64,000 nt of DNA. Source: the human T2T-CHM13v2.0 reference genome, Homo sapiens. Position 1 is the first letter of the stretch; each line of letters begins with the position of its first letter. The notes under the pieces were generated by a model that saw only the letters and a list, made by a program, of their open reading frames with translations, did no database searches and was not told the DNA's origin. Location: the NCBI RefSeq assembly GCF_009914755.1, contig NC_060929.1. The stretch is one strand, 5' to 3'. A program made the translations under genes and the position numbers. This document shows positions 38,093-51,249 of this stretch, piece after piece.

Positions 38093-38360
38093 GTCGCCCA
38101 GGCTGGAGTACGGTGACAGGATCGTGGCTCACTGAAGCCTCCACTTCCTGGGTTCAACTAATTCTTGTGCCTCCACCACCCAACATGGTAGGTAGTTGGG
38201 ATTACAGGTGTGCACCACCATGCCTGGCTAATTTTTGTATTTTTAATAGAGAGATGGGGTTTTGCTAGTCAGGCTGGTCTTGAACTCCTGGGCTCAAGTG
38301 ATCTGCCTGTCCCAGCCTCCCAAAGTGCTGGGATTACAGGTGTGAGGCACCAAGGCAGCC
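38093..38360 (-). mobile_element. AluJ lacking its 3' end and tail
   Basis: Begins abruptly at gtcgcccaggctggagt; AluJ-type cctgggctcaagtgatct. Confidence 0.88.
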
Positions 38361-39095
38361 AAGGATGTGCACTATCTACATGTTTTCTGTAGTTTTAGCC
38401 TTAACTGTAAACTCAGCCCCCAAAAACAGAGATTTTACAACCTGAATCTATGGTCTAAGAGGTTATTGCTCTCATTTTGCCACATTCTAAGGACAGGCCA
38501 CTGTTATTATTTTAACAGAAGAAATTCCCGAAAGGGAACAGTACTTGGGATTGGGGGACTTGCCTGAAACTATTTAATTGCTGTTTTGCTTGACTTTTCA
38601 CATTGACTCTTCTGAAGACCGAGCATCCTGATTTTTGTCAGTGAAGTATTACCTAATGTTTAGTATGATCATTTACCATTAGCTTCCTAGAAGGAGCATG
38701 ATATACAGTAAACATTTCCAGGTACAACATTCAGCTTTCACACTGATACATTATATAGCTAATTTTCTCCTAGTTTTTCCTGAAAATGTTCCAGTTAAAA
38801 GCAGGCAGCTTCTTCTGATCATTTATCTCAGCCACAGGGAATCTTCAATGCAAAATGCTCATATTTATTTCTTTTTAAAGAGAAACCTGGTGAAAATTTT
38901 GAAATTTTAGTAAGAGTAATGAAGGATTTCTGCTGTTATTAAAAGAAAACAAGGTAAGGAATCTTCAAATTAAAACAGTATCACCAGTATTAATTGAGTA
39001 AACATTTTCCTGGATACATATTTACTGATTTTTGGTCGATTTTTCTCAAAACATGAAAACTACATTTATTTCTTGGTAGAATTTGTGTGCTTGTG

Positions 39096-39237
39096 AGAGA
39101 TTGTCTCAAATTTTCTTTTTAATAAATTTCCCAAGTCTTGACAGCTAACTAGACTTGCGAGTCTTTAGAGATTGTCTCAAATTTTCTTTTTAATAAATTT
39201 CCCAAGTCTTGACAGCTAACTAGACTTGCGAGTCTTT
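39096..39237. repeat. Perfect tandem duplication, 2 x 71 bp
   Basis: 39096-39166 and 39167-39237 are identical base for base. Confidence 0.97.
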
Positions 39238-40265
39238 AAGATGTATTGAAAGGAGCATAGACTTTACAGCAAGAAAGAGGCAGGATTCAAAGCTGGTTCT
39301 CCCCTTGCTATGTCTTGGGGTAAATTACCTAAAAACTATTTTACCTGATATCAATATAAGCATATTAGCTTTCTTTTGGCATTTGTCTGGTAAATCTTTC
39401 TCTACCTTTTAACTATTAAACTTGCTCCGGTTTATTCATTTCCTTGCATACAGAACATTATTTTAAAAAATTTACATACAGTAAAGTTTACCTTTTTTGG
39501 CAGACAGTTCCATAAGTTTTAGAAAAATGCAGAGATGTGTAACTGACCAAAATCAAGATACAGAGCATTTCCATCCTTCCTCCACCCAAATTCCCTTGTG
39601 CAGCCCCTTGTAGCCAACCTTTTCTCCCACCCCAAACCCTTGTTCTCTGTCCCTATTGTTTTACGTTTTTCGGAATGTCATATATGGATTTCTAGGCTTT
39701 TGAGTCTGGCTTCTTTCACTTAGCACATATATTTGAGGTTCATTTATGTTTCAGTATATATCAATAGTTTATAACTTTTTATTGCTGAGTAGTATTCCAT
39801 TGTATGAATGTACAGCATTTGGTTTATCCTTTTACCAGTTGAAAGACCTTTGGGCTGATTCCAGTTTTTGGTGATTAAGAATAAAACTACTAAAAACACT
39901 CATTTGTAGGGTTTTTGGTTGACGTAAGTTTTCATTTCTCTTGGATAAATACTTAGGAGTAAGATTTCTGGTCTATATGATAATTTTTTTTTAATGCCAG
40001 ACTATTTTGCAAAGCATTGGAAGCATTTTATACTCCCACTAGCAATTTCTGGGAATTCTAGTTCCTCCATGTCTTTACCGGCACCTGGTATTGTCAGTTT
40101 ATTTATTTACTTTAACTATAACAATATATGTGTAGTAGTATCATACTATGGTTTTTGTTTTGCACTTATTTAATGACTAATGATGTTGAATATCTTTTCA
40201 TATGCTTGTTTACCATTCGTATATTTTCTTTGATGAAGTATCTTTTCAAATCTTTCCCTAACTTC

Positions 40266-40266
40266 T

Positions 40267-40297
<31 letters not shown>

Positions 40298-40444
40298 ACA
40301 GGGTCTGACTCTTTTGTCCAGGCTGGAGTGCAGTGGCACAATCATAGCTTACTGCAGCCTTGAACTCCTGGGCTCAGGAGTGATCCTCCCACCTCAGCCT
40401 CCTGAGTGGCTGGGATTATGGATGTGTGCTACCACTCTCAGCTA
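40266..40444 (-). mobile_element. FRAM / AluJ right monomer
   Basis: Long T tail then ccaggctggagtgcagtggcacaatcatagcttactgcagccttgaactcctgggctca. Confidence 0.88.
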
Positions 40445-40664
40445 TTTGCCCATTTTAAACATTGGATTTTTTTTAAATTAGATTCTTTTATATTCTTATT
40501 GTTGGGTTTTGACAGTTCTTTACGTATTCCAGATATAAGTCCTTTGGCGGATATGTTATGTATAAATACTTTCTCCCAGTGTATGACTTCTTTTTATTCT
40601 TTTAACAGTTTTTCACAGAGTGAGAGTTTTTAATTTGTATGAAGTCCAATTTATTTAAAAATAC

Positions 40665-40665
<1 letters not shown>

Positions 40666-40696
<31 letters not shown>

Positions 40697-40977
40697 TTTT
40701 GAGACAGAGTCTCTCTCTGTCACCCAGGCTGGAGTGCAGTGGCGTGATCTCACTGCAACCTCTGCTCCCCGGGCTCAAGCAATTCTCCTGCCTCAGCCTC
40801 CCGAGTAGCTGGGACCACAGGCACCTGCCACCATACCTGGCTAATTTTTGCATCTTTAGTAGAGATGGGGTTTCACCATGTTGGCCAGGCTGGTCTTGAA
40901 CTCCTGACCTCAGATGACCTGCCCACCTCAGCCTCCCAAAGTGCTGGGATTACAGATATGAGCCACCTTGCCCGGCC
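40666..40977 (-). mobile_element. AluS with (ATTT)n tail
   Basis: Full dimer; TSD taaaaatacatt / taaaaatatatt. Confidence 0.95.
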
Positions 40978-41962
40978 TAAAAATATATTTTTTAAATCTA
41001 CTGCACTTTTGGTATTTTATCTAAGAATTGTTTGCCTCGCCCAAGGTCACAAACATTTTTTCCTAGACATTTTATTATTTTTATTTTTAAGCTTATGTCT
41101 AGGATTTATTTTGATTTAATTTTTATGTAAGCTGTGAGGTTTATTTTATTATTTTGTATATGAATGTCCAATTGGTGCAGCTCCATTTATTTAAAATACT
41201 AAGCTTTCTTGATTCAGTTACCTTTGCACCTTTGTCAAAATCAATTGACCATATTTGAGTGGGTCTATTTCTGGACTCTCTGTTCTGTTTCATTGATCTA
41301 TTTTTCTGTTCTTCCACCAATACCACATTGCCTTGCTTATTGTAGCTTTATATTAAATCTTGATAAACCCTGTCTCTAAAGAATGAGTCTTCCAACTTTG
41401 TTCTTTTTCAAGAAGGAACCTTTAACTTTCTGTGTAAATTTTTGAATCAGCTTCTGAATACCCACGAAAAATACTGCTGAGATTTTAACTGGGATTGTGT
41501 TGGATCTGTGGGTTGATTTGGAAAGAATTAACATCTTAATGAGTCTTCTAATGTGTGAATAAGGTATAACTCTCCATTCTTGTATGTCTTCTGTGCTTTC
41601 TTTCATTAGTATGTTATTGTTTTAAGCATGCAGATCCTGTATACATTTCCTTAAATTTTTATGTAAATATTTCAATTTGGGATGCTATTATGTTTAATAT
41701 CTGTTAAATTTTCAAATTCTAGTTGTTTATTGCTCGTATATAGAAATACAATTAATTTTTGTATATTGTCCATAGGTTCTGAGACCTTGCTAAACTCACT
41801 TAGTAGTTCTAGGAGCTTTGTTATAGTTTGGGGAGGGGTTTTCTATATTGACAATTGAAGACAGTTTTGCTTCTTCCTTTCTAACCTTTCTCCTTTTTTC
41901 TTGCCACATTGCACTGGCTAAGACTTATAGAATGATGTTGAATAGCAATGATATGAGGGCCA

Positions 41963-42310
41963 TGATGGTTAATTTTTTGTGTCAGTTGGCCAGGCTATGG
42001 TATCTAGATAGTTGTTCAAACATTATTCTAGCTGTTTCTCTGAAGGTATTTTTAAAATTAGATTAATATTCAGATCAGTAGATTTTGAGTAAAGCATATT
42101 GATGGGTGGGTCTCATCTGATCAGCTGAAGGCCTTAACAGAAAAAAAAACTGACCTCCCCTGAGCAAGAAGGAATTCTGCTAGCGTCTTTTGGACTCTTA
42201 AAAACAACTCTTCCCCCCTGCAGACTTTTGACTTGCCAGACATCCGCAATCATGTTAGCCAGTTCCTTGAAATAAATCTCTGTCTCTCTCTTTCTTTACC
42301 TGTATCTATA
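41963..42310 (+). mobile_element. MLT2-type (ERVL) LTR fragment
   Basis: tgatggttaattttttgtgtcagttggcc...tttgagtaaagca...ggtgggtctcatctgatcagctgaaggcctt...aataaatctctgtctctctc. Confidence 0.8.
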
Positions 42311-42739
42311 CAGGGGTGAGCTAAGACTTTTATCTGTACACAGAATTGAGGGATCCATTACTCCAGCTATGTGCTCTCCAGTATTTCTCCCACACTCTAG
42401 GGATCTCAGAGGCTCCTTTTCCTGGGCTTCTCACTAGAAAGACAGGGCTTCTCTTGGAGTTTTAGCTTCCAGATCTGCTGTTCCATGTAGTTCCGTGTGA
42501 CTAGTACTACTCTTGAGCAAAACAGCAAGAGAAAAGAAAGAAAAACAAACAAACAAATTAAAAAATGGTATTCTACTGCAGCCTTCAGGCCATACTGTTC
42601 CCTTTTCCAGTTCCCCTGGCCTGAAACACGTTTCTCTCAAGGGTTTAAGCTGCCATTGCAGTGCAGGTCTATGACAGGGACTACTCTTTGGGCAGGGGTA
42701 TGAGAGAAGAAAGAAAGAAAGACAAAAGAAGTAATGGGG

Positions 42740-43145
<406 letters not shown>

Positions 43146-43699
43146 TCAAAGCCAGGAAATAAAAGACGAAAAACCAGGTGACTTACCCCCAAAGAGGTTA
43201 TTTGAATTTTGGCTAGTCTTTCCAGTCTGCTACTATCGTTAACTTTTCAGAGTCATAGGGTAGTTGCTTTTTAAATTTTGTTTTTTTAGTTTTAATCGGT
43301 GGGAGAGATAGGCTGTGGTGGGTTTACTCCATGTTGGCTGGCACTAGAAGTCTTGTGTCCTTATGTTTAAGTGCTATATATATTTTTTATCTCATATTGT
43401 TGTACTTAAAAATTCCACTCTAGTTTTTGTCTGTAAGCCAGGGGAGTTTAATCTGTTTACCTTTATTATGATGACTGATATGTTTCAATTTTTTCCTTTT
43501 ATCTTATTTGTGTTTCTGTTTGTTCTGTCTTTTTGATTTCCTCTTATGACATTCTGCTCCAATCTTAAGGAAATGATGTGACTCTTGTGACTGCTTTTTA
43601 AATCTCTAAAATGGAGATAAAAGGATCTAACCAGTGTGTTATCTTAAAAATGAAGTAAGATAAATATTTAACACTTTTATTGCGGTCCCAGGTATAATC

Positions 43700-46140
43700 A
43701 ATTTAATTTAATAATATTCATTGAGCACCTATGAGGTACTCAATAACAGAATAGGTAAAAATTGCTGCTTTTATGGAGCTTATATTCTAGTGGGGGAGAC
43801 AACAATAAACAAAAGAAGTAAATTATATTGTATGATAGAACATGAAAAGAGCTATGGAAATAAATAAAACATGGAAGAGGATAGGGAGAACACCATAAGG
43901 GTAAAAGTGACAATTTTAAACTGGCAATTCAGTTATTTTTGCATGTGGGAAGTAGTACTGCTTTATTTTTTGTATGTTTTATTTGTGTAGTGTTTTATAT
44001 AACACCTTCCAAAGCACTTTAACCTCATATTTTGCTTTTATTCTTATACATTGATTCAACAATAGGGGCCAGACTTATACTAGACTCTGGGGTACAATGA
44101 AGAGCAAAAGCAGACATGAGTGATATTCCCGTGAAGTCTTTAGAGCATTTCTGTATTACTTCCATATTAGATGAAGTCAATAATGCCAGTTTATTTATCT
44201 TTTTGATAAATAATTTTTGTATTTTACAATGTACCAGACACCTATAGTAATTGCGAGGTTAGCAAGATAGACATGGTCTCTGTTCTCTTGAATCTTACAA
44301 TTTAATGAGAAAACAAATTTTTAAATAAACAATTTTGGCATGTTCTGGCTATAGAATGGAAATGATTGGAAGGGAGCAGGACTGGAAGCAAGGAGAGATG
44401 AGTTAAGAGGGAGAAGTAACCCAAACAAACTAGGATGATGGCCTACATGGTAGCAGAGGCATGTGGAAATAAAGAATGATACTAGAGATAAAAAGAAGCT
44501 ACATTTAAGAGGTGGAATTGACAGTGTTTGGGGAAATTGGCTTATGGATGATGCAATTCATAGATGAGGGATAGGATGAATTCCGTTTTCAAGATCCTAA
44601 GTTTAAAGAGTATGCAAGATATCTGAGTGGCATGTCTCTGAACCTCATGAGACATGTCAGGAATAGAAATGTAGAATTGGACGTTATCAGCAATAAATGG
44701 TAATTGAAGCCATGAGAATAGATAAGGTCTCTAGGCAGATGTAAAATGAAAGGAAAAAATAGCCTAAGAGATAATTTTGAAGCATATCATCATTTAAAAG
44801 AACAGAAGACTGCCTGTGAAAGGTACTAAGAGAGGGTGGTCAGAAGTGTACGAGGAAACACAAGAGATTCTTGAGCCCTGGAGGCATGTTTTTTGTTTGT
44901 TTGTTTGATTGCTTGCTTGCTTTTTAACACTGTGAGCCTATCCAGTGTTTCAGAGAAGTCAGGTAAGAAAAGACTGAAATGTGCCCATTGGGTTCAGCAA
45001 CAACAACGTCATTTGTGTACTGTGGTGAGTAAGCAGAATGTGGTTTGATGCCTGAGCTGGGAGATGAGGGAGTTGACAGAGAATAAATATTTTTTTTGAT
45101 GAATTGGGAGAGGAAGATAGGGTGATTCTTGCAGAGGGACATGGAGGAGAATTTTATTTTTCATTGTAATTTACTTGTTTGTTTTTAAGATGAGAAAGAC
45201 TTTATTATTTTAAAAACTGAAAGGAAAGACAGGAGGAAGGGAAGATAGGAGGAAGAGAACTGAAAGAGCAAAGTCCTAGAAAAGGTAGGATGGTAGTGGG
45301 ACAAGGGATGACTTCCATTTTAACAGAAGCTATAGACGACAAAATATGAGTATGGATTCAGATGTATTTTTAGTTTGGCAAGAAAGGACATTTTATGGTT
45401 TTTATTTTTTATTTTCTGTGAAATTGGACATGTGAAATCTGCTGTCAGAGAGAGATTTTATGGCTTTAGAACAAATGGAAAAGATTTGACTTCTTTCCAT
45501 GGGGAGATGGAAGAGTAGACTAGAGAAATATATTAGGACAAACAGAAGGCATGGAAGCTACGCTTGAGATAGGCCAAATTATTTGATTTCTTAAGCAGTG
45601 CAACTTTGATGCATGTACAAAATAGAGTCAGCCAAATTTGGGATTTTTGCAAGGGGTTAAGATGGAAAGACAGTAGGCAAGGAAGTTGATACTATTGGTA
45701 AGAAAGTGGTTGGTGTGACAAAGAATAGAACCTAAGTTTAATAAGGAAGAGAGAAAGAGAGCTATAGAAAAAGGGGACTAGAGATCCCTATGAAGTCAAG
45801 GAACTGAAATCTTGAGAATAGTTGACTAAGAGATCTGAAGACATAGGATATTTGGTCTGAGAGTTGTTTTAAAGTGGGGAGTGATTCTTGTATTGATAAG
45901 TTTCTGAGTGTGGCTATTGGAGTGCTATGCTGACATGGAAGTCAAGAAAGAGAGGCTGTAGCGTAGGATGGGGCAACCACATGGATGTAAAGTCATCTTG
46001 GATAATAGTGAAACTTGAGATAGAAGGAAAGACTGTGAATCAAATGCTAAAATCTTGGAGAGAGGCAAACATAGTAAGCAACAGAAAGGAAGAGGGATTG
46101 GAAGGTATTATAGCTAGATGGCATGTATATCAAAGGAACT
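43700..46140 (-). mobile_element. L2 fragments (several, degenerate)
   Basis: attcattgagcacctatg...ggagcttatattctagtggggga; tggtaattgaagccatgaga; agactgaaatgtgcccattgg; purine-rich strand. Boundaries approximate. Confidence 0.65.
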
Positions 46141-46158
46141 GATTTTTAAAAAACTTCT

Positions 46159-46462
<304 letters not shown>

Positions 46463-47521
46463 TTATTGAAGTGTAATGTAAGAAGTATACAGATCCTTAA
46501 TTATCACACAACTCAATGATTCCATCTGTGTAGCCCAGTCAAGAAACAGAACATTTGTAAAATTATACCTACTCCCAATCACTTTCTCTCCCTTTTTCAT
46601 AGATGTAACAATTGTCTTGACTTCTAAAGCCCTATGTTAGTTTTGCCTGTTTTTTGAATGTTGTATAGATGAAATCATATTCTATACATTGTATTCTTTT
46701 AATTCTGGTTACTTAAACCCAATTTGTGTTTGTGAGAATCATCCATGTTGTTCCATGTAGTAGGAGTTCATTAATTTTTATTGCTATAAATATAGTATTT
46801 GCCAGTATTATAATACAGTATTTGATTTTATGACTATATCACAATTTGTCTTTCTACTATTAATGGCCATGTGGTTCCCCCTGCCCCAGGTTTTGACTGT
46901 GATCATTCTATGATCATGTCTTTTGATGCATATATGTATGTATGCATTTCTATTGGGTATATATCAAGAATAGAATTGCTGGGTCATAGGACATGCATAT
47001 ATATGTTTAACTTTACTAGTTAATACCAAACAGCTTTCTAAAACTGTTCTATCAATATATAAATTCCCATCAGCAGTGTAGGAATTTCAGTTGCTCCATG
47101 TTCTGATAACTGTTTGATATTGTCAGTCTTTTTAAATTTAGCCCTACTGGTGGATGCATTTTGGTGTATCATTATAGTTTAAATTTCATATCCCTAATGA
47201 TTAATGAGGTTCATCTACTGTTTTGTGAAGTTCCTGTTCATGCCTACTGCCATTTTTTTCTATTTGGTTGCCTGTCTTTTTTTTACTGATTTATAGGAGT
47301 TTTTCACAAATTTGAGGTATGAGTTCTTTGATGGATGTATATATAGCAAATAGCTTTTTCAGCATGGTAGCCTGACTTTTCATTTCCTTTGTAGTGTCTT
47401 GATAACCAGAAGTTTTTAATTTTAATGTGGTCTAATTTAAGAATCATATCCTGTATTTTTTATGCTTTTTGTAGTTGTTTGAGATCATTGTCTACCCCAA
47501 GATCATGAAGACAGTTCATGT

Positions 47522-47714
47522 CCAATGCTGTCCAATAGAACTTTCTGCAAAGATGGAAATGTATATATTGCACTGCCCAATGCAGTGGTCACTAGTCACA
47601 TGTGACTGCTGAGCCCTGGAAATGTGGCTAATGTGATTGAGGAGCTGGATTTTTCATTTTAACTGTAATAAATTAAAATAGCTACATGTGACTGTTAACT
47701 GTGTTATTGGACAG
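47522..47714. mobile_element. MER3 (hAT-Charlie)
   Basis: Terminal gctgtccaatagaactttctgc ... tattggacag inverted ends; internal ctagtcacatgtgact. Confidence 0.82.
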
Positions 47715-49072
47715 ATTTGTTTTCTAGATATTTTTTAACTAATTTATTATGTTATTTAGATTATATCTATGAGCCACTGGGAACTAGTTTTAGTTTAGTA
47801 TGAGATACAAGTCATATTTCATTTTTTCCCGATATGGATATCCAATTTTCTCAGCACTATTTATGAAAAAGATTGTGCTTTCTGCATTTCTTTGTCACCT
47901 TAGTTACACATAAAGTTTCCACATGTTCTTGGATCTGTTTTTGGATTCTCTGTTCCATTCAGTTGTTTCCTTGTGTCAATACCATACTATTTTTATTACT
48001 ATAAGTTTATAATAAGTCTTGATATCCAGCAAAAAAAGTTTCCTAACTATTCTTTTTTTTTTCCTTGCCTATGCTGGACTCTTAATTTCCATTTAAATTG
48101 TATAAGCAGCTTGTGAAATTTCACAAAATAATACCGGGACTTTGGTATTATAATAAGTTGGATCTAGAGGTCAATTCGAGGAGAGTGGTCATTTTTACAA
48201 AATTAACTCTTCCAATCTATGAATATGGTACATCCTCCATTGATTAGTTTTTAATGTTTTCTTTTAATATTGTTTTATAGTATTCTACTTATAGAACTGG
48301 CGCGTCTTTTGTTGCATTTTCTTAGCTTCTTGTTTTGTCTAGGGCCACCAGTACATTGTTGGGTGGAAGTGGATATGGGTATTCTTATCTCATTTCCTTC
48401 AGAGGGAGAACCTTCAATATTTTAAGTGTGAGGTTTGCATTAGATTTTCTGCTAGATATTTTTTATCCAATTAAAGAAGTTTTATCCTATTCCTAGTTGA
48501 GTCAGTGTGTTTGAGATGTTGATGTTTTAAAAAGATCAAATGCTTTATTGGCATCTTTTGAGATAATCAAATTATTTTTCTGTTATACTCCTTTAATTGA
48601 TTTTCAAATGTTAAATCAACTTGTATTCTGGGGAAAAAATACAACTTCGTTGTAATATAGTATCCCTTTAATGTATTGCTGGATTTCATTTGCTAACATT
48701 TTGCTTGGGACATTTTCATTCATATTCATAAGAGAAATTAGCCTGCAATTTTTTTTCTTATAATGTCCTTGTCAATTTTAGAGATCAAGCATATGTTACC
48801 TTCATAAAATGAGCTGGGAAGGGATCTTTTTTTTTTCCTTTCCTCTGCAGGAGTTTATGTTTTGCTGATGTTATTTCTTCTTTAAATGTTTGGGAAAATT
48901 AATCAGTGAAGCCATCTGGGTTTGGAGTTTTCTTCTTGGAAAGATTTTTAATAAAAAACTTGATTTCTTCCATAGATATTAATCTGACTTATTTGAAGGT
49001 CGTCTTTTTTAAAAAAATTTTTCCTGGCTACTTTTAATATTAACTTCATGGTTTTTTTCTACTGTTATATAT

Positions 49073-49438
49073 TGCTGTAGACTGAATGTTTGTCTTCCAC
49101 CAAAAATCGTATGTTGAAACCTATGCATCCCCAATGTAATGGTATTTGAAGGTGAGGCCTTTAGGAGGTGATTAGATCATGAGAGAAGAGCCTTCAAGGT
49201 GGGATTAGTGTGCTCATTAAAGGGATCTCAGAGAACTGCCTGCCTCTTCTGCCATGAGGACATGGCAAAAAGATGGCCATCTATGAACCAGGATACGAGC
49301 TCTTAACAAGCACCATGTGTGTTGGTACCTTGATCTTGGACTTTCCAGGTTCTAGAAGTGTAAGAAACAAATGTCTGTTGTTTATAAACCACCAAGTTTA
49401 TGGTATTGTTGTTACAGCAGTCTGAATGGACTAAGATA
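49073..49438 (+). mobile_element. MLT1A-type MaLR solo LTR
   Basis: tgctgtagactgaatgtttgtc...ggtgaggcctttaggaggtgattag...ccttgatcttggactttcc...gaatggactaagata; 366 bp. Confidence 0.88.
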
Positions 49439-51249
49439 TGTGTCTGCATATTATGTAGTCTTCATATGTATCCTCCCGAGATTCATGGTTTCCTTTTAAT
49501 TTGTGGCTTGATGATTTTCATTGGTTTTTGAAAATTTTGGGCCATTTTTTCTTTAAATAGATTGCTTTTGCCCCAGTTTCTCTATCCCCACTTTTTGTGA
49601 CTCCAGTTACAGGTATTTAGACCCCTTCACCATATCTCATATGTCTGCTATGCCTCTCCCACCCCACTGACTTTTGTTTCACTGTGCTTCATTCTGAATT
49701 TTTTTCCTGACCAGTCTTTCAGTTTTATCTTTGTTAATCTGCTCTGAAAGTCTTTCATTGAATTCTAAATTTGAGATGTAGTAGTTTCAGATCTAGAACT
49801 TTTATTTAGTAAATTTTAAAAATTCCACTTCCTTACCAAAATTCTCAAGCTTGTCTTGAGCACATTAATAGAAGTTTGAAGTCCATGTCTGTTAATTCTT
49901 TTATCTGGATTATGTGCATTGTTTCTATTGTCTGTTTTTTCTCTTGGGTTTTGGTCAAGTCTTTTCATAGAAATGTGTATGTAATAGCTTCTTTTTATTT
50001 AGAGCCAGATGTTGTGCATATAAAAAATTTACAGAGATACTTTAAGGCTCTGTGAAATGTTATTTTTCTCCAGAGAGGATTTACTTCTGCTTCAGGGAGG
50101 CAGCTAGCTTAGGGGCACTAGCAATTTCTGATCACATTAATCCAGCCAAGGATTGAGATGTTTCCAAGTTGGGTTTCAGTCCCTATGAGAGCTGATCTGT
50201 TTCCAATACCCTTACTTTTGAAGTGTAGTCTTTCCAAATCCCATCTAAAATCCTATGTGTTTACCAGGGCTCCTCTTCCTTGGTATACCCTGAACTTTCA
50301 GGATCAGTAATCTTCCAAATACCAGGCTCATTTCTCTGGGCTTCCCTTTTCTCCTGATTCTTTGACCCACAATTCCTCAGTGTTTTTGTAACACTCTGAT
50401 GCCTTCAAACAGATTTTTTTTTCCCCAGCTTTCCTAGTTCCTAGTGGGAACCATGTTGGACATGGAGCTTATTTAAGCTGGGGCTTTTAAGGAGGTTGAT
50501 GGCGAGGGCAGGGAACTTTGGAGTCTGCAGTGGGAAATGATAATACCTGCCCCACCTCAAGGCACTGAGTTTCTACTAAAGAGGGCTGCAAGGAAAATAG
50601 AGTCCTTAGGGGCTGTCAGGTTTTACTCAGGACAAGAATGTATGATATATGCTGAGAAGAGACTGAGGAAGTTGGAGAGTTTGGAGGCAGGGAGAGTTAA
50701 TATAGTTTCTATCTTTCTTCCTTTCTTTCTTTAGGATGGGGTTGGTTGAACTAGATGACATCTAAGTTTCCATGTAATTTGAAATTCTAGGATTCTATTA
50801 AATGAGCTGGGCTTCCATTTAGGTTAATTTAGAAGTTTAATTAGAACTTAAAATTCCTCCTGTAGAGATAAGGAGGCTTATCATCATAAAGAAAACTTCT
50901 GGGTTTTAATTTCAGCACGATAGCTCCCAGTTGTAAAACACTGAATCGACTTCTTTCCATAGTGCATGATGGGATTCTAAAATCTTATGTCCAAAGGGAA
51001 CCAGTTGCAATATTATCTGCTAGGAATTTACTACTCTGTGAATTATTATGTAGTACACATTTATGAAAACTGCCTCATTTCTTCCTATCTTATAGTGTAT
51101 TATGATTTTATTATTTCTTATATATAATCTACAGGTTCTGGATTATTCTCTGCTCATGATGTAAGTGCCTCCACTCATCTAGCCCTACACGCCTGGGTAC
51201 TTATATGTATTCCTGTCTGTCCTTTCTCTCCTCTGACCCTGTTTCCCAG

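Larger units (their letters stand above)
39461..41960 (-). mobile_element. L1M fragment (3' UTR plus ORF2 remnant) with two nested Alus
   Basis: ORFs 41141-41326(-) and 41376-41606(-) are L1 ORF2-like (IDFDKGAK; KKNKVGRL); typical 3' UTR text. Confidence 0.85.

Noticed and set aside
39096-39237. Direct repeats considered as CRISPR-like or LTR-like
   Set aside because: No spacers, only two abutting copies, eukaryotic intron; it is a simple tandem duplication.
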